Positions 54,325-64,000 of a DNA stretch of 64,000 nt are shown here, in pieces. Position 1 is the stretch's first letter, and the number at the start of each line of letters is the position of its first letter. Origin of the DNA: Octopus sinensis. Taxonomy: Eukaryota. A program made the position numbers and the translations under genes. The stretch spans positions 19,840,001-19,904,000 of the forward strand of contig NC_043008.1 of the NCBI RefSeq assembly GCF_006345805.1. The letters are read 5' to 3'. The notes under the pieces are model-generated. The model did not search any database, was not told the DNA's origin, and saw only the letters and a program-made list of their open reading frames with translations.

Positions 54325-55895
54325 TTTTTCTAGTTTCAGCTCAGAGCTGCGGCCATGCTGATGCACCGCCGTTTTGTGCTACACTGTTATTGCGACGAAC
54401 CTCCTCTAATATGTGGCACTTGGTAAAGAATGGAGTTTGATACAGCTACTCTCATTTGCACATCTTGCCGTGAGGTAGGTTCATCTGGGACTCTTGACAG
54501 GAAGATGTCCAGTTTTGATTTAATAACCGCTACATCTACTTTGTGCAAGTTCCTCAGACTCTTTGGGAGGATATTAAAAAGCTGTAGGCCCTTGAAACCC
54601 AGGCTGTTGCAGAAGCTGGTCCTGAATCGTGATGGCATTGCTGGGATCTTTGGCACTATGCAGTGTCGTCCCGTTCTAGCATTGGTGTAGCTTACAATGC
54701 CAAAATTTGGCACAATTCCTTCCAGGATCTTCCAGACATATATTACTGCATACCTCTCCCGTCTTCTCTCCAGGGAGTAGAGTCTTGGCTGTTTCAACCT
54801 TTCCCAGTAGCTGAGCTGTTGCAAAGAGACGATCTTCTTTGTGAATCTTCTCTGGATTGCTTCAAGGTCTGCTGTTAATTTTACACTGGTGGGTGACCAT
54901 AGCCGTGAGCAGTAATCCAGGCGACTGAGGACGAATGTCCGCCAGAGGACCATCATGGTTTCCTTATCTCTGGTTCTGAATGTTCTTAGGATCCACTCAG
55001 CCAGTCGTCTGCACTTTGTCGCCATCCTGGTAATGTGCACTTGGAAAGAGGTATCATCACTCATGTCGATACCCAGGTCCCTGACAGACTTAGGCTCTGG
55101 GATTGAAATTCCCTGTGGACCGGTGTATCCTGTAAGTTTAATATTCAGTTTTGGATGCTGGTAGCGCAGGGCCTGGAATTTTTCAGCATTAAACTGCATA
55201 TTATTATCCTCAGCCCATCTGTAGATTGAGTCCAACTCCTGCTTTGGGGTTCTGTATTTTCTGCGAGACTTTCGTATCGTCTGCATAGCTGGCCAGAGTG
55301 GCTATCCGGGCATTTGAGGGCATATCTGAGAGGGCCACTATAAAAAGCAGTGGTCCCAAGACAGTGCCCTGTGGAACACCGCTCACTATTTGTGTGTTCA
55401 TAGAGGTGGCTCCATTAACCACTACTGCCTGACTCCCATCTTTCAGGAAGTCATGCAACCACACTCCAAGATTTCCAGCTATACCGAGGTCACGTAGTTT
55501 GTGGCATATCATACCATGATCCACCTTGTCAAAAGCTTTTGCAAAATCAAGGTAGATTACGTCCACATTTGATTTGTTGAGTAACTGCCTCAACACCCAG
55601 TCATAATGCTGTAAGAGCTGGGTCAGGCAGCTCCTACCTAGTCGAAACCCATGCTGGCTATTACTCAGTAAGTTATTTTCCTCAAGGAATGCGATTAGTT
55701 TCTTTCTGACTATCCTTTCCATGACTTTGCTGATATGTGAAGTCAGAGAGATAGGCCTATAATTTTTGGCATCTGCTCTACTTCCCCCTTTATGTATTGA
55801 GCATATTATTCCCTCCTTCAGCGTGCTTGGCAGTTTGCCAGTCGCAAGAAAGCTCTGGAAGAGAATCTTGAGGGGTTTTGCCAGGACATGCTACA
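54325..55895 (-). mobile_element. CR1/L2-group LINE, 5'-truncated, frameshifted ORF2
   Basis: QHGFRLGRSCLTQL, YLDFAKAFDKVDH, SGVPQGTVLGPLLF, YADD, VRDLG, RLDYCSRLWSP; 3' UTR ggcggtgcatcagcatggccgcagctctgagctgaaac. Same family as 18-20 kb but diverged. Confidence 0.95.
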
Positions 55896-56319
55896 TATAT
55901 ATGTCCACGCATACATATAAATTCAAATTAAAGGAGAATGGGCTGCTTATATATACTTAGTTTTGAGATTAGATTTTTGGAACATTCCATTTCCCGCAGA
56001 CAATATTGTATATATTTGGAAGAAATAAGGCACACCCGCAAACAAACTCGCAAACCTGTAAGCATATCCACCATTTAACGTATAAGTTTTTACAAACACA
56101 ATTGTGTTCTCGTGTGCACATGTATACAAATGTTTATGCATGTATGAATACATGTGTGCTCACATGTAGGAAGTCGTCTTGAAGCAGCAACTGCTTTTGT
56201 ATATTAATCAAAATTAATATATTACTCACACTTGTATACCCCCACACACATCTACACACCCCACATAAATATACTTATGTTTATGAAGTAGACTATTCCT
56301 CAGCAGTAACACACTGAAT

Positions 56320-56330
56320 ATTTATATATG

Positions 56331-56361
<31 letters not shown>

Positions 56362-56441
56362 CATATATGTATATTATATATATAAGTCTATATATATATA
56401 CACACACATATACATATACTCATATATATATGTATATATAT

Positions 56442-56472
<31 letters not shown>

Positions 56473-56627
56473 ATACAAACATATAAATATATGTACACGC
56501 AGCACACATATATATATATATATGTATATATATACATATATGTATATATATATATATATATATACGTATGTATATAGACATATATATGTATATATACATG
56601 TATATATATATATATTATATATATATT

Positions 56628-56659
<32 letters not shown>

Positions 56660-56760
56660 CTTAAACACACACACACACATGCACACACACACATATATAT
56701 ATATATATATAATATATTATATATATATATATATATACACAATATACACAAACACATTTA
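56320..56760. repeat. Compound (TA)n/(CA)n low-complexity tract
   Basis: Direct inspection. Confidence 0.9.
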
Positions 56761-57064
56761 GCACCATCACATTCCTACGTATTTATTTCCGATTTTATTT
56801 TGTTTTGTAATTTCTTTCAAGTAGTTGGTTCTGTCAGATTTTCTATTCAACGATTTAAGTTTCCCTATATGTCAACATAGCGACTATGAAAATATATTCG
56901 ATGAATCGGAATACATAGTGGTGTGTCAGAAGGTTTATTTATTAAATTATTTGCTGCTTTAGTATTCTGAAGTATTTACCGTGTTCCAGTGGAATTTCAC
57001 TAAAACTTTTATTTACTCTGTTTTTCCGTCTCCCACTCTCTCTCCATCTCTCACCCTGTTTCAT

Positions 57065-57100
<36 letters not shown>

Positions 57101-57614
57101 GAGTCTGATTGATTTCTCTTCTAATGTACACACGAATAGGACAACGGAGAGGACTGCAATATGTATACATATATATATGTATATATTATATATATATATA
57201 TATAGCTGCATAGATATATATATATTTCTTATACATATAGTATATGTCGATATAGAATATATATATATATATATAATATATACTATTATAGTTGTGTGTG
57301 TTGTATATGTGTATATATACATATATGTGTGTGTGTCTATGTATGTGTCGATGTATTTATATATCAACTCACGTAAACACGTACTTGCATATTATATACA
57401 TAATATATATATGTGTGTGTGTGTATGTGTGTGTGGTTGTGTACGTATACGTATATGTGTGTATGAGTGTGTCTGTGTGTGTACATATATAATTATATAT
57501 AAACGCATAAACAGATGTAGTCGCAGATATATGAGTTTACACATACTTTATATGTAATATGTACAAACACAGACACACATATATGTATACACCAATATAT
57601 ATATGTATATATAT

Positions 57615-57667
<53 letters not shown>

Positions 57668-58345
57668 AGATATATATATGCATGTACGTGTTTATCCCAT
57701 CTCTATTATCTTTACACTTTTTATCGTTTTGTCATTTATCCTTTCTGCGCAAAAAATAAAATAAATATAATAATTATAATAACCAAAAACAACATTAATC
57801 CTCATTTCTAAAATTAATGTATCGGGAAAAGTGATTTCTCTTTCTATTCTTTACTTTTTTGTCTTTTTTTTTTACATTTTTTGTCTTCTCATCTTTTTGC
57901 TCAGATGCCTATTTTTTTTTTTTTCGGAATTGTTTTTTGCTTCTGAATTTCAGATACGATATTCAGCTTAAGATTTCTATGCAAATTCTGTGTAACACAT
58001 GGTCACATATTTCATTACAGAAACATGCACACATGCAACGACACCGTTTTTTATAACAACATATATGAGGGCGCATCTGTATGTTAGCGTGTGTGTATAC
58101 ACACACTAACATACATACACACAAACACACACACACACACGCACAAATAGAGATAGAGTTTGATAGGTAGATAAATGTAGTGATAGATAGGCATGTATAT
58201 ATGCATATAAATGCATATATTATAATTAGCATATGTAAGTATTCATAAATATTCATATATTTATATATATATATATATATATATTATATTTATATTTATA
58301 TATATATATATATATACGTATATATGTATAAATGCATGTAATATG

Positions 58346-58388
<43 letters not shown>

Positions 58389-59499
58389 AAATAATATATA
58401 TATATATATATATACATATATGTATAAATTATATATATATGCAGAGAGAAAGAGAGGAGGAGATCTACATACATCGCACACATTCTTATGTAAGTCAATA
58501 TATCCCAACATGTAGACTGATGAAAGTAGTGACTAACGCTAGTGACAAACGTACTGTCCTTCGTTGTCTCCATCTTTACCGCACAACATGCTCGCACAAT
58601 ACCAGAATCATGCCAATAAACATAAGGACAAAGCCAGTAATACGATCTTGGATTGTGTGCGACGTTTCGTGCCGAATGAAGCACAAAGTTGTCACTCATT
58701 TTGGTTTATCGGCTTGGTTCTTCACTCATCTCTTGTTCAGAAAGCAGTTGCATTTGACTGTAGATCACCCTAAAATCGTTGCATATTATATTTTCTTTTC
58801 CTTCGTATTGGGCGTTGTCTGACCAATCCATGCTGATGCAGGTAACATATCTGATTATTCTTTTGGTCTTGAACGAGAAAATCATAGAGGGAGAGACGCA
58901 GCCTTCTTTGTTACGTAACCCTGCCAAGCTGTTCTGAGATCGGCCAACTGATCTGTAACCAAAATCTAAGTACTGCTCTTCACCTCGCCGAATAAGAAAA
59001 CTTATGTTTCAAGTTCTTTTGCTTAATTTACGTGTTTGCATTATGTTTATTACAGTGGTTGTTATTTTTCCTAACGTTTTGCTAGTTATTTCATCGCTGT
59101 GAATATTTGAGTTAATGAAACCGTTTTCTGTTAAAAGAACTTAATATGCCTGGAGAAATACGTCTTGCTGTGAAATTAAATTTATTTTCTATTTTTTTCT
59201 GTTTTATGTTTATTTGTTGCTGCATTTATTTCAGTATCTCAGGGGGGGTTGTTCTCCGTAGTTAGCAACTTCGTTTCAATGAACGCAAAACAACACCAAG
59301 CATAGTTTTTCTGCTTGTATGCGAAAGGTAATCACAAACGTTCCCAGAAGCGTTCTCGAAAAGAAATGCTTTTTTTCTTCTTCTTCTTCAATTACTTTCG
59401 TTATAAATAAGAATTCTAAGGAGCAATAAGCCGCATATCTGTACCCAATTCAGCCATTTTTATAATTGTAACAAGAAGAACGATGACAGGAAGAAGAAC

Positions 59500-59611
59500 A
59501 ACAACACTAATAGCAATAATGATAACAACAACAACAACTACAGCAGCAACAACAACAACTACAGCAGCAACAACAACAAAAACAACAACAATAATAATAA
59601 TAATGATGATG

Positions 59612-59659
<48 letters not shown>

Positions 59660-59670
59660 TAATAATAATG
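59500..59670. repeat. Compound trinucleotide microsatellite (CAA/CAG/TAA/TGA)
   Basis: Direct inspection; source of the poly-Y/C ORF. Confidence 0.95.
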
Positions 59671-60103
59671 AGAGGAGAAAAAGAAAATCCACGGTATGTT
59701 ATTAACTGCTGAAATGAATAATACTATGCGTTTAGTTCAAGAGATTATAACACAATGGATTAAGTATGGTAATCTATCTGACAGGTTAGCAAGAAAAGAA
59801 ATTGCATTGAAATCCTTGAGTCAATCAAATATAGCTCAGAAAAAAAAAAAACTCTTGCGCGTAGAATTAGAGGATAGTCGACAGGTGATAAAATCGCATG
59901 CATAACTTTATAATTCCTTTATTTTGTGTCGTAAATTAAAATCTATAGGTTATACAAAACAGCTTCAAGTTTACGTTGACACAGACATTCGGTGCATACA
60001 GCGGACTGTCACGGGAATGAAAAGAAATTGCCTACACTTACAACTAAAATTGGGGAAGAAAGTAGATTTCAAGTAATTTTTACTCACAATATTTTTACTT
60101 ATA

Positions 60104-60165
60104 AAAGGTGGTGCTCCAGTATGGCCGCAGTAAAATGAAAGAAACAATTAAAAGAATAAAAGAAT
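60104..60165 (+). mobile_element. 3'-tail stub of SINE B or its LINE
   Basis: aaaggtggtgctccagtatggccgcagtaaaatgaaagaaac followed by an (AAAAGAAT)n-like tail. Confidence 0.7.
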
Positions 60166-61462
60166 AGTATAAAGATCAACTAATTAATGTATCGGATAAA
60201 AATATAATGAAAATTTAAAATAAAAGCGAATATTGGTGTCAAACAGATCAAATGCTCATATCTGCAAACAGCGATAACGCTATGAAATTATCCCCCATAA
60301 ACGTAATTCATAACTATTTCAGGAATTCCAGAGGGAAATATATCTAAATAATCGCCAAAGGGAACTTGGGACAAAAAAATATAACAGGAGAAATGCTTTT
60401 CTGGGAGCAAATCATGCAAAAGATCCCAATAAATTTAACTGTCTCCTATTTTACGTTTCAGAACGTTTTATTCCATATAATATATATTTTCATTATTATA
60501 TGATACATGAAGTGCAATGAAGTGCAATGAGATGGAAATAAAATACATTAAATGACATTACCAATTCCTGAAATATATCTTTATTATGGAAATAAATATA
60601 AATGAATAAATGGATCCGCTATAACAAAGAACCCGTATAATTAAAATTTTTGTCAAAAAATTAAGACCCTCTGGAAGAAAATAAAGGCACAAGCAAAACT
60701 TGTGAAGAAAAGCAAACAGTATGAGTCATTTTATAAAACATTATCACTGCTTCCAGTCTGATTAGGAATTCATTGTAATGTTTTGATCAGCAAGCAAATG
60801 AGAAGTCCTAAGGATTGCCATTATTACCAAGTTTTGGCCAATAGACAACGAATTATTTAGGATACAGGTCTTTATCGTTCAATTTACAGGTATGTAGACA
60901 AGAAGCAATACTTGAATACCTGCTGGTAAAGAAAAATTATCATACTTCATCTCGTAGTTTTGACAATATCTGGCGATCGCCCAAACTACAAGAGTATTGC
61001 TTCCTAATATGCTAAACCTTTAAATTCTTACTCTACAACCGACATGCTATTCAGCTTGTTACAAAAGCGTAAAATGGTGCAAGAGGCGTTATATAGATGT
61101 ATTGTGCAGATACCAGTTAAGTGGGTTCGAGACTGTACAACCCTATATGACAAGGATAAATTAATGGCCGATTAAATGTCACAATTTAAAAATAAGTTTG
61201 AAGCTCTGTATTACTAGCATGACATGAGCATCGTGATATAACAAAAGCAGCGAAAAAGAGCAAATTAAGACAGGCCTGTTTCTTAAGAAATGATATCTTC
61301 TAGGGAAACACTTATTCTCCATTAATGTTCTACCTTAGTCCGTTTAATAAATATTGTAATTGTTACTTTTGCTGCTGAAACTTATATATGATCGGCAGTT
61401 TATGGATCACTTACTAGATAAGTACTTGGGTTAAAGTCAAGTTGGAATATCAAAGAGAATGT

Positions 61463-61865
61463 GTCGCAGGAGTGGCTGTGTGGTAAGTAGCTTGCTAACC
61501 AACCACATGGTTCCGGGTTCAGTCCCACTGCGTGGCATCTTGGGCAAGTGTCTTCTGCTATAGCCCCGGGCCGACCAATGCCTTGTGAGTGGATTTGGTA
61601 GACGGAAACTGAAAGAAGCCTGTGGTATATATGTATATATATATATGTATGTGTGTGTTTGTCCCCCTAGCATTGCTTGACAACCGATGCTGGTGTGTTT
61701 ATGTCCCCGTCACTTAGCGGCTCGGCAAAAAAAAAGACCGATAGAATAAGTACTGGGCTTACAAAGAATAAGTCCCGGGGTCGATTTGCTCGACTGAAAG
61801 GCGGTGCTCCAGCATGGCCGCAGTCGAATGACTGAAACAAGTAAAGGAGAAAGAGTAAAGAGAGT
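61463..61865 (+). mobile_element. SINE family B, full length and relatively young
   Basis: Near-consensus head, core, internal microsatellite and tail aggcggtgctccagcatggccgcagtcgaatgactgaaacaagtaaagg. Confidence 0.95.
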
Positions 61866-62529
61866 CGATAAATCTGGAAAGAATACAGACGTACTGCTTA
61901 ACACTAAAAACCGAGAACTATAGGTTAGACAAATATACCGAAAGAAGATAATTAAAACATAAGTAATCAGCAGGGAACCAAAGAATACGTGAAACAAATA
62001 AGAAACAAAGTAGAAAGGAAAAAAGTATAAAGGAACACCGCAAATCTTAAATCAATATTTGAAATTAAATTAGTGAAACATGTTGCAGTTATGAATTACA
62101 TCTTATACATGATATGCTGGGGATTACAGGGATTAAAGAGCTTAAGCAGATAAGACGATGAAGCATTACAAGCGTACCGAATGCACCGCGCCGGTGCTGG
62201 TTTTGATAGAGTATATGGCATGGGGAGGAGAGGATCTACTAACAAATAACAAAGGAGATAATAGATAATAGAAATAAAAGAGAATCTGATGGGTGTATTA
62301 AACAAACACACAAAGGAAAACAGTTATTCTCTAAAAAAAAAAAAATTCTCTAAAAAAAACTGAAATACAAAATTGCAATTTAACTATATTGAAAAAAAAC
62401 CATTTAGAATGGTAAACAAATTGAGAATGAAACCCAAAATATAATTTTAAATTATACTTGATTAAAGTTAGAGAGAACAAACAGTCTAGTGGCAGAAATA
62501 TATCATATATTAGGTGAATGCACCAATAT

Positions 62530-62940
62530 AGGCGCAAGCGTGGCTGTGTGGTAAGTAGTTTAATTCCCAATTACATATTTCCTGGTTCAGTCCCAGTGCG
62601 TGGCGACTTTGGCAATTATCTTCTTCTATTGCTTTGGGTCGACCAAAACCTTGTGAGTGGTAGACAGAAACCGAAAAAAGCTCGTTGTATATATACACAC
62701 ATGCATATATGTTTGTGAGTGTGTGTATATATGTGTGTGTATGGTTATCCCCCACACCTGTTTGACAACCAGTATTCCTGTATTTACCATACCGTAACCT
62801 AGAGGTTCGTCAAAAGAGACCGATAACATGAATGCCAGGATTGAAGAAAATACTACGTACTGGATTCATTTGACTAAAGATTCTTCAAGACTGTGTCCCA
62901 GTGTGTTCGCAGTCTGGTGACGGAAACAAATAAGAGACAA
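62530..62940 (+). mobile_element. SINE family B, degenerate
   Basis: aggcgcaagcgtggctgtgtggtaag...gagaccgata...ccagtgtgttcgcagtc. Confidence 0.8.
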
Positions 62941-64000
62941 AAGACACGAAGCTACGAATAACTGCAAACATAAAATAGTGATAAGTGCTAACATCAAGCG
63001 TAGACGATGCAATGAATAGCATCAGACAAATGACCACATCATTTGCAGTAGCCCAGCCTTGAGTAATCGGTAATAAACGAGTTGGCATTTGTAATCCCTT
63101 GTCATTATGACAACCCCTTGAAACGGAAACCGGTGAAAGTATATTACAAACGTGTATCGAACGCAATACACGACAACAATCTTGCTACAATTACATGGGG
63201 CATGTTTACTCGGACCAGCATGCAATTCGAAGCAAATTGTATAGATAAAAAACATTAAAGAGTGTAAAAGAAACATGTCTTCTATACTTTCAAATCAAAA
63301 GAAGACCCGGGTAGTGCTGAATAAACAATGGCAATCACGAAGGCATTGAAATTCCGCAAGACCAAAGTGAAACAGTGATAGTACCAGAATGAAAAGCACG
63401 ATCACAAACAACAGGAATAAAGCATGACTCAATTTTACATAGAGTGAAGTCATAACCTTGATAAATACGAAGTAGATCTTACGAGGGATACATTTAATTT
63501 GATAACACTGCGAATTTTCTTCAAAGCAGCATGCTTTATGAGATAAAATACGCAATAAAATAGACAATTCCCACTATACATCTTCTAAAGAATATTTACT
63601 TAACTATATCATAAATATTATACAACATATTACTTAAACAATAACTAAACACTAAAATAATGCCGCTCGCTATGTGCCAACAGCAACCAATAATCTAATA
63701 ACGTAAAATAGGCCGTTATGTAATCCGTCTTTGCTATATGACGTCTACATACACATAAAGCCAATGAGAGATCCAGGACTTGTAGCTTTATTGATATGAC
63801 TTGTGCAAATGATAATTAAATAACAGTGCAGGAGATAGAGATCACTTTCTTAGTGAAAATATAAAAAGAAAGGAAATATAATCTGGAAATTGAAAAGTGA
63901 GGACATAGACTATAGTCACAAGAAGAGCCCAATAATTACGGCAAAGTTATGTGTTTGGAATCACCGTATAGGGGGGAAAAGAGCGATGGATTGGATAAGA

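Noticed and set aside
58439-58930. Overlapping ORFs on both strands, including a hydrophobic stretch RITGFVLMFIGMILVLC
   Set aside because: Frames are interrupted by stops, with no acceptor site or recognisable domain.
60861-60889. 29-nt AG...GT block encoding DTGLYRSIY (Ig-like DxGxYxC motif)
   Set aside because: The conserved Cys is missing, the block is too short, and no partner exons were found.

Overview
Eukaryotic, strongly AT-rich, microsatellite-dense DNA with no recognisable host protein-coding gene. Most ORFs in the supplied track are translations of (TA)n, (CA)n, (TAA)n or (GAA)n tracts, or antisense frames of repeats. The SINE families resemble, from recall and not from a database search, the abundant tRNA-derived SINEs of Octopus, so this is probably intergenic or intronic octopus sequence. 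The window holds four SINE families (about 30 copies or fragments), CR1/L2-group LINE relics, R4/Dong-like LINE relics, an internally deleted mariner, MITEs and several Penelope-like element (PLE) relics. The most notable items are: (1) two PLE-type insertions with inverted terminal repeats carrying minimal type I hammerhead ribozyme motifs with variant cores; (2) a 3' tail and hairpin shared by the CR1-type LINE and the commonest SINE; (3) a non-coding ~560-bp element found twice, both times beside (ATT)n tracts; (4) several local rearrangements. Coordinates of degenerate repeats are approximate (about +/-20 bp). All family assignments are by motif recognition, without searches.
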